The notes beneath the pieces were generated by a model. That model ran no database searches, was not told the DNA's origin, and was given only the letters and a program-made list of their open reading frames with translations. The position numbers and the translations under genes were made by a program. Below, piece by piece: positions 28,097-38,688 of a stretch of 62,286 bases of DNA (position 1 is the stretch's first letter; every line of letters begins with the position of its first letter). The stretch is from positions 1 through 62,286 of the forward strand of contig JAWOEH010000210.1 in assembly GCA_046482855.1 (NCBI GenBank), read 5' to 3'. The stretch comes from Bacteroidales bacterium (GTDB lineage: Bacteria > Bacteroidota > Bacteroidia > Bacteroidales > UBA12077).

Positions 28097-28798
28097 TTAC
28101 TCTACGGGTTCATTTAACAGATCCATAAATTCGGTGGTATTGGCCTCGAGTTTAAAGACCACCTTCTCAACTTTAGCCACAAGAATATTGTAGGCTAAAT
28201 AGGCAATAATTCCCACCATAAGTCCGGCAACAGTTGTTACCATAGCTGTATAGATACCATTTGAAAGCAGGCCCACATCAATGTTATTCCCGGCCATCGA
28301 CATGTCATAAAAGGCCCGGATCATGCCCATAACTGTGCCCAGGAAACCAATCATAGGAGCAGCTCCTGCAACGGTAGCCAATGTAGGAAGATTTTTTTCG
28401 AGAGAGGAAATTTCCAGGTTCCCGACATTTTCAATGGCGGTATTGATATCGTTCAAGGGGCGCCCAATTCTTTGCAATCCTTTTTCAATCATCCGGGCAA
28501 CAGGGCTATCGGTACTTCGGCACAAAGCTAAGGCTGAGTCTATTTTATCTTCGTGAATATACTCTTTAATACGATTCATGAAATTCATGTCGGCTTGTGA
28601 AGCATTTTTTATGGCGAAAAATCGCTCGAAGAAAATATATACTGCAACCAGTGCCAAGGCAATGATGGGGATCATTATCCATCCGCCTTTTAGTGCCAGC
28701 TGCCAGAAAGGGAGTGCTATTTCTTCGGCTTGTTCAGTTGCTGCCGTTGTAATGGTGTCGTTAACAGCTGATTGTAGAAAGATGTACAGTGGTTTCAT
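28097..28798 (-). CDS. exbB: MotA/TolQ/ExbB proton channel
   Basis: APMIGFLGTVMGM and AMVTTVAGL motifs; likely start MKPLYIFLQ. Confidence 0.9.
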   Translation of the reverse strand: MKPLYIFLQSAVNDTITTAATEQAEEIALPFWQLALKGGWIMIPIIALALVAVYIFFERFFAIKNASQADMNFMNRIKEYIHEDKIDSALALCRSTDSPVARMIEKGLQRIGRPLNDINTAIENVGNLEISSLEKNLPTLATVAGAAPMIGFLGTVMGMIRAFYDMSMAGNNIDVGLLSNGIYTAMVTTVAGLMVGIIAYLAYNILVAKVEKVVFKLEANTTEFMDLLNEPVE

Positions 28799-28983
28799 TA
28801 ATGGTGTTATTTTGAACGTTATACTTCGTTTTCGATCCACTTGGATCAACGATAATCCAAGTGCATAAAGTATTCCAAAAGAATACAAAATGATTAAGTT
28901 ATGACAAAATTACACAAAAAAATAGCAATTCTACCTATTCCTCCCGAAAGTGGAACATACTGTGTAGCCCAATTTATTACAAA

Positions 28984-31900
28984 TTATGGATAAGGGTGGC
29001 TGAAACGGGGCGAACGATACTGCACTGCTTCTGTGTTGAAGCTAGGCGTATTGCTGTTGTCAGGATTTTGGGTGTTTGAAGCACCGTTCTCCTCTTCCTC
29101 TTCCTGTTCCTGTTTATCTTTGTTGCCAAATCTTCGCCAGAGATCTCCAAAGGTGTTAAATTCTTCCCGATAAAAAAGTCCCACTCCTTGCGTGTAAGGG
29201 GAGTCTCTTTCTATCAGGCGATCATTGGTTTCATTGAATACTTTTAACCGAAGTTTCCCATTCTGAGTAAGCTTAAAGTCTACAACGAAGTCACCCACCA
29301 AATCGGTGCTTTGGGTGTACTGTCTTCCATACCCTACATTGCCATTGATTGAAACACGGTCGTTAAAGAGCTGAGTTGACAATGCTACCTCTACCTGGTC
29401 ACGACTAAGCTCATCGCCGGGCCGATAATTTACACCAATATCCCATTCGGTAGAAACTTGGGAGAGCCAATTGCTTAACTGGTTTGATAACAGCTCACTG
29501 GCTGTTACGGCTCCCAGTCCTGCCGAATTTTGGGCTGCATTATTTTGATCCGCTATCAGGTAGCCTCCTACAGGTTGGAAACTATTTAATACCAGCAATG
29601 ACAAGAATTGTTTGTTGATCTTTTCCTGTGTATTCAATACATTTTCAACACGAGTCCGCACTTCCGGGTCGGAAGTAGGCAAGTCAATCTCAAAAGCAAT
29701 TTCAGGTTGCATGAGATCTTCGGTCATCGTTATTCGACACTCAACAGGGACCCGTTTTTTATAAATGTCGGAGGTATCAATTTGTAAACCCATCAGAGAC
29801 GTTTTCAGGCGGTATACCGCATCAATGTCCATGGTTGCATTATAGGGGTCACCGCTCCACAATATTTGGCTGCCTCTTTCCAGCGCAAATTTTTTGTTGA
29901 TTACATTCTGTAAAGTAAACAGATAATCACCTTCCTCAATGTTATAATCCCCGTACATTGTAAAATCACCGGGTGAGCTTATTTGCAACTTAAGGTTTCC
30001 ATATCCTCTGGCTCGAATAACATCCCCCACCTGCGAATCAAAAATCAGTCGTGTTTCTGCCTCTGGTGTCACCTCCAGATCAAAATTCAGATCAATGCCA
30101 CTAAATTCTTTCGTAAGACTTCGAAGATCTTGCTCAGGAGGAGCTTCTTGATTGCTGATAAAAGTTATAAAGTCGCTTTCTTGTGCCTGGCTTGAGGAAG
30201 AGAGGGGGATGTTAACCAATGTTTCACCTATGGTGGAGCCCGAGACATCTACCCGAATATTCTGAGGGGTTCCGCTTAGTGACACAAATCCATTAAGGTA
30301 TGCACGGCCAAAAAATAAATCGTTATCGGCACTCGTTGTGTTTAGCGCTTGTAATTTGGAGGTATTTATAGCAAAGTCGAAAACCAATGGGTCTCCGCCC
30401 AATGGCAGCTGTAAAGCACCATTTAGCTGTGCTGTATTTCCCTCTGTGTCGGTAGCCTGCAATTGAGCAAAGTGCAGCGTATGCGTATTGAACTGTACAG
30501 GATGCGAAAAACGATAACGGGTTTGCAGGTAATCAATAGTCATGGCAGCCTGGTCTATATTTACTTCACCCATCATCACCGGATTATTCAGGTTTCCCGA
30601 GAAGTTAACACTCCCACTGGCTCGTCCTGTAACATCAGAGGCAAAACTACGCATGAAGTAACCAATATGGGTCAGGGGGAACCTATTTAAACTCACGTCT
30701 CCTTCCAGTTGTCCATTGGAGGGCTTGTACCAACCCTCAAGCTGGAGGGCTTTACTTTGCTCTTTTTGTGTGTAACCAAGAATGCGTATCGTTTCTGTTG
30801 TGTTCTGCCAGGTGCTTTTAAGCTCGGTAGTTCCCAGAAGGGAACCATTTAATTCCAGGCTGTCAATTTGTAAGTTGGAGGTGAATACCGGGCGGTTGTA
30901 TAAGTTTGATAGTCGTGCCTGCCCATTTATTGTGCCTTTTAGCTTAAGGTTCTCATTGGAGAAAAGTGCCTGTAGATTGGCCAGATTGATATTGGAGAAA
31001 TAGAGGTCAAGAGAGTCCGAAGGATGATGCGAGATAGTACCATGGGCCCCCAGCACCTGCTCATTGTGTTTGAAGACAAACTGGCTAAGATCAATGCTTG
31101 AACTATCAATGAATACATCGGCAGGATGAAACTGCCACAAGGTGTCGTTCAGGTAGATATGCGATGGGAAAAGATGAATGTGAGCCCTTTGCTTTTTATT
31201 ATCGGGATTGCGCGAAAGCGCGGCTTTTGTATTCAGCTGACCTGCATTGTGAAGAGTGTCCTCATTATGCCATTGGAGATTAACAGCCAGCGTGTCGTTG
31301 TGAAAAACATTTGATAACTCAAAGTTGTCGAAATGAAACAGACCATTGCTTATTGTCAGCTGTTTTAGCTTTGTGAGAGCGGTGAAAAGGGAGTCGTTGG
31401 AAAAGGTTTTTAGTGAGACTCCTTCCGCTTGATGAGTGCCATATCTAATCTTATTGGCCTGGGCCGACAGGATTAATTGTCGCTTGGTGTCGTCATACAG
31501 CAGCTCGATGGTACTACTATCAGTAAGAGCCAATTCAGGCAAGAAAAAGTATGTTAATTGCTGTGTGTTAAGTAAATCAACTCTGAGGTTAAACTGATTT
31601 ATGCCCTCTGGCATTATCGAATCGGTTAATACGGTTGCTTGTGAGGGCAGATAGTAATGGTAAAGATGCCTTAAACTTTGTCCGAGACTTCGGGTGGTAT
31701 ACTTGCCTCTTAAGCGAGCAGTAATTAAATCGGATGTGAATTTTACCACCCGTGTATCAATGGCAGGCATCGATATTAATTGAAGTGTATCCTGCCGCAG
31801 CCATTCATTTTTCTTGCGTAAGGCCAAGTCGGTTACAGTAATATTCCCTTCCGCATTATCAAGGCTGTTGGCAGCAAAATTGGATCGAAGATTAAAAGAC

Positions 31901-33546
31901 AAGTAGGAGGTGGTGTCTTGTTTATCGATGTTTAGCCCATAGAGATTTGCCCTGGGTACAGAAGCTTCAAAGTTAAATAAGGGAATTTGTCCGCTGAAAT
32001 CAATTTGTCCACGAAAATTCAGGGCAATATTGGGGTCCAGGATGTCCAGATAGCCGTCGTATTGGCTTTCGGTAAGATTGCCATCAAGATTGATATTTTG
32101 GTACGTGTAATTCAGAATAGCTAAACTGTCAATAAGTCCTTTTGTTGTTAAGTTGAGTCCGCCGTATTTTGAGGTGGTTCCTTGCAGTTCTACATGCATG
32201 GTAAGAGCTCCAATGTTTACTTGTTCACTGAAGAAATTTCCCAGATCAAAGTTTACGGTTTTTAGTTCACCCGAAAGAGCCAGGTTTTGGTCTTCGCCAG
32301 GTTGCAGAGCCAAGTCGGTTGAAACTTGTCCCAGGTCGGTGGTGAAGTTGCCATAGGTGACGAAATTTTCCAGGAACCCGGTGAAATTCCCTTTATATTC
32401 AATTGGACCCAGATTGTTTAGCTGTTTAGGGAAGTTGATGGGGTTTTTACTTTTTGTAAATCTATTTATAACCTGAAGATCTTCCTGATACGTAACAAGC
32501 TTTTGAACATCTATATACATAAAGGTTTCCTCGATATTGGGAAGCCCGTTAAAGGAAAAGTCGACAATCACCTCTGATTGTTGACCAAATCCAAGGATCA
32601 GATTTTTAGCCTTCAGGTTGGCAACGGTCCCATAAATGTCACCTTCAAATACAATATTTTCTTTGATTCGGTCAAGAGCTTTTGCAAAATAGCTGATGTC
32701 TGAAAATCCAATATTGGAGGATTGAAAGGCTCCCTGGAGCTGAATGTTTTGTTCAAAATCCTTGTATTGAGAAAAATCGTCCCCGTCTAAAACAATGGAG
32801 TCGGCTACGATGTAGGAATGGGGCGTACGCAATGTAATATCCCCAAAGTTCAACTGGCCATGAGAAAGAAAGAAGTGACTCTTCATATTCAGGAGGTGAA
32901 ATCCACTTTTTTCCTGAAAGGAGAGGTGTTCAATTTGCATCTGAACATCGCCTTTGTAGGTGCTAAATCCTGAGGCCTTGATATTCAGGCTGTCGCAAAC
33001 CATATGCGTGAAATCTATCTTTGAACGAGCAGTTGCCGGACGATTGGTTTGATAGATAAATTGGCTGTTGGAAAGCTCCACTCCTTGAATTTGAATGTGT
33101 AGGCGTTTTCGGTTGAGATCTTTGGGCTTAAGGGCTTTTACCAAAAAGTCGATGTTGATTACCGAAGCGGTATCTTTAAAAAGGTGTACTTTGCCGCTAT
33201 CTAGGACCGCTGTTTCAAAAACCAACTTACGGTTTGTTCGATCATAGCTTTTAATATAGCCTGTAACTTTTTTGGCATAGATAAGGGTATCACTGTTTTG
33301 ATCAGATAGGTAGAAATCTTCAAGAACAACTTCATTGAAAAATTTGTAGTCGACTCTGCTAATGGAAATGGATGCCTGAAGATTCTCCTCAGCAATAGAG
33401 GTAACCCATTTTACTGCCAGCGTTTGAATAGGGGAATAGCGTAATAAAAACAAACTAATTACCTGTAAAATGATAATTACCAGTAGTGTAATGGCTAATA
33501 TTTTAAGTAGCTTTTTAATGGTCAAGTCTTTTTGTCTCTCATTCAC
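28984..33546 (-). CDS. tamB: Translocation and assembly module TamB (AsmA-like)
   Basis: 1520 aa with an N-terminal anchor, a beta-rich body and a C-terminal DUF490-like region (WSGDPYNA...YTQGVGLFYREEF). Start codon uncertain. Confidence 0.85.
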   Translation of the reverse strand: MNERQKDLTIKKLLKILAITLLVIIILQVISLFLLRYSPIQTLAVKWVTSIAEENLQASISISRVDYKFFNEVVLEDFYLSDQNSDTLIYAKKVTGYIKSYDRTNRKLVFETAVLDSGKVHLFKDTASVINIDFLVKALKPKDLNRKRLHIQIQGVELSNSQFIYQTNRPATARSKIDFTHMVCDSLNIKASGFSTYKGDVQMQIEHLSFQEKSGFHLLNMKSHFFLSHGQLNFGDITLRTPHSYIVADSIVLDGDDFSQYKDFEQNIQLQGAFQSSNIGFSDISYFAKALDRIKENIVFEGDIYGTVANLKAKNLILGFGQQSEVIVDFSFNGLPNIEETFMYIDVQKLVTYQEDLQVINRFTKSKNPINFPKQLNNLGPIEYKGNFTGFLENFVTYGNFTTDLGQVSTDLALQPGEDQNLALSGELKTVNFDLGNFFSEQVNIGALTMHVELQGTTSKYGGLNLTTKGLIDSLAILNYTYQNINLDGNLTESQYDGYLDILDPNIALNFRGQIDFSGQIPLFNFEASVPRANLYGLNIDKQDTTSYLSFNLRSNFAANSLDNAEGNITVTDLALRKKNEWLRQDTLQLISMPAIDTRVVKFTSDLITARLRGKYTTRSLGQSLRHLYHYYLPSQATVLTDSIMPEGINQFNLRVDLLNTQQLTYFFLPELALTDSSTIELLYDDTKRQLILSAQANKIRYGTHQAEGVSLKTFSNDSLFTALTKLKQLTISNGLFHFDNFELSNVFHNDTLAVNLQWHNEDTLHNAGQLNTKAALSRNPDNKKQRAHIHLFPSHIYLNDTLWQFHPADVFIDSSSIDLSQFVFKHNEQVLGAHGTISHHPSDSLDLYFSNINLANLQALFSNENLKLKGTINGQARLSNLYNRPVFTSNLQIDSLELNGSLLGTTELKSTWQNTTETIRILGYTQKEQSKALQLEGWYKPSNGQLEGDVSLNRFPLTHIGYFMRSFASDVTGRASGSVNFSGNLNNPVMMGEVNIDQAAMTIDYLQTRYRFSHPVQFNTHTLHFAQLQATDTEGNTAQLNGALQLPLGGDPLVFDFAINTSKLQALNTTSADNDLFFGRAYLNGFVSLSGTPQNIRVDVSGSTIGETLVNIPLSSSSQAQESDFITFISNQEAPPEQDLRSLTKEFSGIDLNFDLEVTPEAETRLIFDSQVGDVIRARGYGNLKLQISSPGDFTMYGDYNIEEGDYLFTLQNVINKKFALERGSQILWSGDPYNATMDIDAVYRLKTSLMGLQIDTSDIYKKRVPVECRITMTEDLMQPEIAFEIDLPTSDPEVRTRVENVLNTQEKINKQFLSLLVLNSFQPVGGYLIADQNNAAQNSAGLGAVTASELLSNQLSNWLSQVSTEWDIGVNYRPGDELSRDQVEVALSTQLFNDRVSINGNVGYGRQYTQSTDLVGDFVVDFKLTQNGKLRLKVFNETNDRLIERDSPYTQGVGLFYREEFNTFGDLWRRFGNKDKQEQEEEEENGASNTQNPDNSNTPSFNTEAVQYRSPRFSHPYP

Positions 33547-33594
33547 AAAAGAAAGAAAAATTATTATAAGTTTGCCAAAAAAAATGGCCTTCCA

Positions 33595-34614
33595 ATGAGT
33601 ATAACAATATTAGGGATAGAATCGTCGTGTGATGATACCAGTGCTGCCGTAGTTCGGGATCAGGAGATACTGGCTGGTTTTATTGCCAATCAGGACGTTC
33701 ATAAAGCTTATGGAGGCGTCGTTCCGGAGCTGGCCTCTCGTGCTCATCAGCAAAATATTATTCCTGTGGTAGAGCATGCCTTGCAAACAGCAGGTGTAAG
33801 TCGAAATCAGATTGATGCCGTAGCCTTTACACGTGGTCCCGGGCTTTTAGGGTCGCTTTTAGTGGGCACCTCTTTTGCCAAAAGTTTCGCTCTGGCTCAG
33901 AACATCCCAATAGTAGAAGTGAACCATCTGCAGGGACATATTTTAGCCCATTTTATCAAAGAGCCTGATCAGCCTCATGTTGAGCCAACTTTTCCCTTTT
34001 TGTGTTTGCTTGTTTCCGGAGGGCATACACAGCTGGTAGTGGTAAAGGACTACCTGGATATGGAAGTGATTGGACAAACGATTGATGATGCAGCCGGCGA
34101 AGCCTTTGATAAGTGTGCCAAAGTTATTGGCTTGGGGTATCCCGGAGGGCCTGTGATCGACAAAAAAGCTCAGGGAGGAAATCCAGAGGCTTTCAAGTTT
34201 AATAAACCTCGCATCGAAGGTCTTGATTATAGTTTTAGCGGCTTAAAAACCTCCTTCCTCTATTTTGTCCGAGATAAGATGAAGGATGATGCACAATTTG
34301 TAGTAAACAATGAAGAGGATTTGTGTGCCAGCTTACAAAAAACCATTGTTGATATTCTTTTGGAGAAATTAGTAAAGGCAGCCAAGGCCACCGGAATAAA
34401 GGATGTGGCCGTAGCCGGCGGCGTGTCGGCAAATTCAGGGTTACGAAATGCGCTGCAACAAGCGGCCCAGAAGAAGGGTTGGCGTCTGTTTATTCCCCCT
34501 TTTAACTATACCACCGATAATGCAGGAATGATTGCTATAACGGGGTATTATAAATTTCAAAAGGGATTGTTTGCTTCACAGGATATTGCTCCCCAAGCTC
34601 GTATGCGCTATTAG
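33595..34614 (+). CDS. tsaD: tRNA N6-threonylcarbamoyltransferase
   Basis: ILGIESSCDDT, GGVVPELASRAH, HLQGH, SGGHT and TDNAGMI. A TAAGTTTG -7 element lies at 33567-33574. Confidence 0.96.
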   Translation: MSITILGIESSCDDTSAAVVRDQEILAGFIANQDVHKAYGGVVPELASRAHQQNIIPVVEHALQTAGVSRNQIDAVAFTRGPGLLGSLLVGTSFAKSFALAQNIPIVEVNHLQGHILAHFIKEPDQPHVEPTFPFLCLLVSGGHTQLVVVKDYLDMEVIGQTIDDAAGEAFDKCAKVIGLGYPGGPVIDKKAQGGNPEAFKFNKPRIEGLDYSFSGLKTSFLYFVRDKMKDDAQFVVNNEEDLCASLQKTIVDILLEKLVKAAKATGIKDVAVAGGVSANSGLRNALQQAAQKKGWRLFIPPFNYTTDNAGMIAITGYYKFQKGLFASQDIAPQARMRY

Positions 34615-34622
34615 TAAGTGTG

Positions 34623-35861
34623 TCATTGAGGCGCTTTTACCCGAAACAACCACCACATAGGAAGTAGTAACAACCCACCGGCAAACAGAGCCCATCCCAA
34701 ATTGAACAGATCGGCCATATACCCGAATAAAGGCGCAATAATGGCGGCAACAAGACTCTTAAATTGCGAGTTGGCCGATAACGCACTCGACAAAATGGCG
34801 TCGTTAAATCGATTGCTGACAAAGGCTGTACCAATAGGATTACGCATATTTTCCATTAAAAAGATGAGAAGAAAAGCAATTATGCCAACGCTATAGTTTC
34901 CTTCTGTGGTAAAAAGCCCCCCTACAGCAAAAATGATTCCTCCTAAAAGCAATGTGGCATTCATGGCGCGTGCAGAATTGCCAAACAGCTTTATGAGCAA
35001 TTGGGAATGTCGAGAGGCTTGTGACGAGATGAGGAAAAAGACGAAGTAAATAAGGCCCGTTAGCAGAGTTGTTCTGTCCTCTCCCGAAAGCGCCAGCAAG
35101 AAAGGGAATCCCAGGGCTACCTGTTTTATTAAGGGTTGCACAAAGTCCTTCAGGGCGCGATAAAACCCACTGAAAAATGATAGGTTCGCAACTGATTTCA
35201 GGGTATCTTTTTGGGTGATGGTAAGGCTCATTTCCCGAAGCTGTAAGGCAAACTTTCGCCGGATATGGCGGCTATTCAAAGGAGTAGTACTACCATCGAG
35301 CCAGGTTGGGTAGGAGCGTATAAGCAACAAATCGGCTATGGCAGGAGCGGCTGAAAATAAAAAGACGTAACGCAATTCCGAGGTGAATAATAACAATACG
35401 GCAGCCAGAAGAGCCGATACTGCTGAGCCCAGCTGAGAACAGGCGCGGGTGCGCCCGTAATATTCGCTGCGGTATTCTCGCCAGTTGTGTCGTTCCAGAT
35501 AAGCAAATATCATGGCCTTGTGTGTCCCCGTACGAAATGCATCGCCTATGGCAAATATGCTCATGCTAATGACCAAATGGACAAATGTTGAACTGAAGAA
35601 AAACAGAACGAAGGAAAGGGCATAGGTACCAAAGGAAAACATCATGGTTTTTCTGCGACCCAAGGTGTCGGAGATTACTCCTGAAGGAATTTCCAGAATA
35701 TTACGTACAACTTCCCGAATACCGTATAATAGGCCGATTTGAAAATAACTCAGATTAAGGCTTAGAAAGAAGAGCACCAGGAAGGGTTCGTAGAAACGCA
35801 AATTCTTTAGGAATCCGTAACTACAAAATTTGTAATATTGTGTATCTTTAACCAATCGCAT
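34623..35861 (-). CDS. MFS transporter
   Basis: Motif A EIPSGVISDTLGRR and about 12 TM segments. Confidence 0.85.
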   Translation of the reverse strand: MRLVKDTQYYKFCSYGFLKNLRFYEPFLVLFFLSLNLSYFQIGLLYGIREVVRNILEIPSGVISDTLGRRKTMMFSFGTYALSFVLFFFSSTFVHLVISMSIFAIGDAFRTGTHKAMIFAYLERHNWREYRSEYYGRTRACSQLGSAVSALLAAVLLLFTSELRYVFLFSAAPAIADLLLIRSYPTWLDGSTTPLNSRHIRRKFALQLREMSLTITQKDTLKSVANLSFFSGFYRALKDFVQPLIKQVALGFPFLLALSGEDRTTLLTGLIYFVFFLISSQASRHSQLLIKLFGNSARAMNATLLLGGIIFAVGGLFTTEGNYSVGIIAFLLIFLMENMRNPIGTAFVSNRFNDAILSSALSANSQFKSLVAAIIAPLFGYMADLFNLGWALFAGGLLLLPMWWLFRVKAPQ

Positions 35862-35903
35862 AACTTTTTATTTACCAAATATCTTTACTAATTGTTTACA
35901 CCT

Positions 35904-36776
35904 ATGGAAGAGATTCAAACTGAAAATAATTCGTTCTTCGCTAAGCGCTCCGATGTTGAGACGATTCTTGTAACGACATTCCAAACTTATAAAAAATTGT
36001 TTCTCCCTCTGTTTTTATACAGTTTTGTTGGGCTTTTACTAATTCAATCGCTGTTGTTTGTTACCGGATTTTCCGAATTTTTCCAAAATCTGAATCCCCG
36101 GGAGATGGAAGATCCAGCCATGATTTCCAACTTTATGCGACAGATGATTTGGGTGGTGCTTATCAGCCTGGTGGCCTATTCTTTATTAAATGTTACGTTG
36201 CTGAATTATGTGGAACGCTATGGACGTAACCAATCGCTGCTGGTTACTACTGTATTAGGAGAAGCAGCCAGAAAATACTTTCTTCATTTCCTGTTTTTTA
36301 TTCTTTTAGCCACTGTTATGATTGTGTTAGGCACCATGATTGGCATTATTGCTATCATTGTTGGCGCTTTTGTAGCAGCACTCTATTTAGGTACGGTTCT
36401 TATACCCGGGGGAGGGATTATTGTTGCTGAGCATACAAATGCCTTTGAAACTATTGGTCGGGCCTTTCAGCTAACTCATAAGAATTTCTGGGTCGCCGTA
36501 GGATCTGTTGTCTTATATCTGTTGATTATGCTGTTGATAAGCCTTGTGCTTTCGGCTATTATCATGATCCCTTTTGTAATCATCTTTTTTCAATCGGTAG
36601 GTGCAGGCGATATGTCCTTTGCCGAGATGTTTCAACCTGCTAATTATAATATTGGTGCAGGCATGATTCTTCTCAATGCTGTTACCGGCGCCATTACGTA
36701 TCCGATAACAGCCATTTTCTCTGTAGTTTTATACCATGCATTGGCTTATCACGAGCAAGAGGTAAAAGCACACTAA
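35904..36776 (+). CDS. Multi-pass membrane protein of unknown function
   Basis: About six long hydrophobic helices; no catalytic motif recognised. Confidence 0.7.
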   Translation: MEEIQTENNSFFAKRSDVETILVTTFQTYKKLFLPLFLYSFVGLLLIQSLLFVTGFSEFFQNLNPREMEDPAMISNFMRQMIWVVLISLVAYSLLNVTLLNYVERYGRNQSLLVTTVLGEAARKYFLHFLFFILLATVMIVLGTMIGIIAIIVGAFVAALYLGTVLIPGGGIIVAEHTNAFETIGRAFQLTHKNFWVAVGSVVLYLLIMLLISLVLSAIIMIPFVIIFFQSVGAGDMSFAEMFQPANYNIGAGMILLNAVTGAITYPITAIFSVVLYHALAYHEQEVKAH

Positions 36777-36825
36777 ACAAAGCCGCTTTGAGCGTGTTTG
36801 TAATATCAAGATTAAAACTAAACCT

Positions 36826-37590
36826 ATGCTGACAATTCTTTCACCCGCCAAAACTTTGGATTTTGAAACCGAAGTAGGTGTTGCCGAAGAGACCAGCCCT
36901 TTATTTCAGAAGGAGGCCAATGAGCTTGTTAAGTTGCTTCGGGAATATAAAATAGACGATCTTTCCAAACTTATGAAAGTAAGTTATGAAATTGCAGCCT
37001 TGAATGTTGAACGTTTTGCCCACTGGCATATCAATGGAATGAATACGCAAAGCAAACAGGCGCTGTTGGCTTTTAAAGGAGAAGTTTACCGCGGGTTGCA
37101 GGCCGAATCGATGAGTTCTGATGAGTTGAAATTTGCACAAAGGCATTTACGCATTCTCTCAGGACTTTATGGCGTGTTACGGCCTTTGGATCGCATCCAG
37201 CCATATCGATTGGAGATGGGAACGAAACTTGAGAATGGGCACGGAAAGAATCTCTATGATTTTTGGGGTGAGAAGATCACCGAACAACTCAATAAAGATT
37301 TGCAGAAGCAAAAGGAGCAGTTGTTGATCAACCTGTCCTCAAATGAATATTATAAGGCTATTGATAAAAAGAAGATACAAGGGGATGTGATTACTCCGGT
37401 GTTTAAAGAAAAAAAGGGAAATAGCTACAAAGTGATAGCCGTATATGCAAAAAAGGCCCGGGGGCTAATGACCCGCTTTATTATTGACAATCGCATTGAG
37501 CAATCCGCCGACTTAAAAGCCTTTGATGAAGGAGGCTATGTGTTCGATTTGGATCTTTCCACAGCCAAAGAATGGGTATTTGTTCGTTAA
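36826..37590 (+). CDS. yaaA: Peroxide stress protein YaaA (DUF328)
   Basis: LSPAKTLD, ILSGLYGVLRPLD, PYRLEMG and AKKARG motifs. Confidence 0.94.
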   Translation: MLTILSPAKTLDFETEVGVAEETSPLFQKEANELVKLLREYKIDDLSKLMKVSYEIAALNVERFAHWHINGMNTQSKQALLAFKGEVYRGLQAESMSSDELKFAQRHLRILSGLYGVLRPLDRIQPYRLEMGTKLENGHGKNLYDFWGEKITEQLNKDLQKQKEQLLINLSSNEYYKAIDKKKIQGDVITPVFKEKKGNSYKVIAVYAKKARGLMTRFIIDNRIEQSADLKAFDEGGYVFDLDLSTAKEWVFVR

Positions 37591-37601
37591 TACTTATTAT
37601 C

Positions 37602-37646
37602 AAAAGAAGGAAGGCTGTAAGATAATATTACAGCCTTCCTTCTTTT
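37602..37646. terminator. Bidirectional terminator with a 19-bp perfect stem
   Basis: aaaagaaggaaggctgtaa-gataata-ttacagccttccttctttt between convergent genes. Confidence 0.85.
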
Positions 37647-37663
37647 TATTCATTCTGTTATCC

Positions 37664-38659
37664 TTACTGTAGAATATCGAAGAGCATGATGCCAAAGCTT
37701 CGAAAGCCTCTGTCATATAGTGCCCACAACTGCCCATTTGCAAGGTAAAGAGCCTGGAAACGTTTTTTCTTGGATTCGTACTGCGAAATGAGTGTGGGGG
37801 TTGCTTTGTCAGAAATATCGTATAGGTAAATGGATTTTCCGGAGGCAACATACAATGTAGTATTGTTTAGTAAGATATCTTCTGCTCTCCCGTCGGTTTT
37901 GATTGTTGTTTGTTGCATGGGATAGGAGGGCAAGGTGAGGTTGAGTACCGTAAGTCCCTTAAAGTCGTTGGCCAGGTATCCGTGTTTTCCGGAGACTACT
38001 AATTTGTTGGCATCGTTTTCCGGATGATAGTCCTTTGGATAATGTGCCCATTTGAATTCGGTGAAGGGGGAACGGAACTTAAAGATCTTGATTCCTCTTT
38101 TTCCCCCTGAAACTAATGTGTAGGGAGGCATTACTACTACATGCTGACTGGGGAAATCTTTCAGGTTGTTGCGTCCTGCCATCTCAATGTTATTCATGGA
38201 TGAGAAGTCCACAATTTCAAGTCCCAGATCTTTCAACCCTAAAAAGGCATAGTTTTTATACAGATCCAATGTATACACGCTGTGGTTTCTGTAATACGTA
38301 CCCAGTTCAACAGGAATACGTGGTTCCGAAATATCGAGAATTTTGAGCCCTAATTCACCATAGCACAGGAAAACCGTATCGTTTCGCATAAGTGTGTGGT
38401 AAGCAGTGCCATAGATATCTCTCCGGCTTCTTGTTGCATATTCCCTGAATGTGGAAAGAAGTTTTAAGCTGTCGGGATTGGAGATTGTGTATATTTTCAA
38501 CCCCTCTTCGCCCTGAGGCCAAATAAGCAGTGTATCTTTCACAATGAAATTGGTCATCTCAACTTTCCCCTCTAGGGTGTGTTCCGTAAGCGGCTGAAGG
38601 GTTTGAGCCGCTCCGTGTAAAGAGCTAAACAGAACCAGAAGAATTACTATTTTCCTCAT
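37664..38659 (-). CDS. Exported LVIVD-repeat (beta-propeller) protein
   Basis: Signal peptide and the repeats GLKIYTISNP, GLKILDISEP, GLEIVDFSS, GLTVLNLTLP and IYLYDISD. Confidence 0.8.
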   Translation of the reverse strand: MRKIVILLVLFSSLHGAAQTLQPLTEHTLEGKVEMTNFIVKDTLLIWPQGEEGLKIYTISNPDSLKLLSTFREYATRSRRDIYGTAYHTLMRNDTVFLCYGELGLKILDISEPRIPVELGTYYRNHSVYTLDLYKNYAFLGLKDLGLEIVDFSSMNNIEMAGRNNLKDFPSQHVVVMPPYTLVSGGKRGIKIFKFRSPFTEFKWAHYPKDYHPENDANKLVVSGKHGYLANDFKGLTVLNLTLPSYPMQQTTIKTDGRAEDILLNNTTLYVASGKSIYLYDISDKATPTLISQYESKKKRFQALYLANGQLWALYDRGFRSFGIMLFDILQ

Positions 38660-38688
38660 ATATTGATGTTTAAGACAAATATACTACT

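Noticed and set aside
37602..37646. 19-bp perfect inverted repeat as a mobile-element end or MITE
   Set aside because: It sits between convergent genes with A/T tails and I saw no second copy; a bidirectional terminator explains it.
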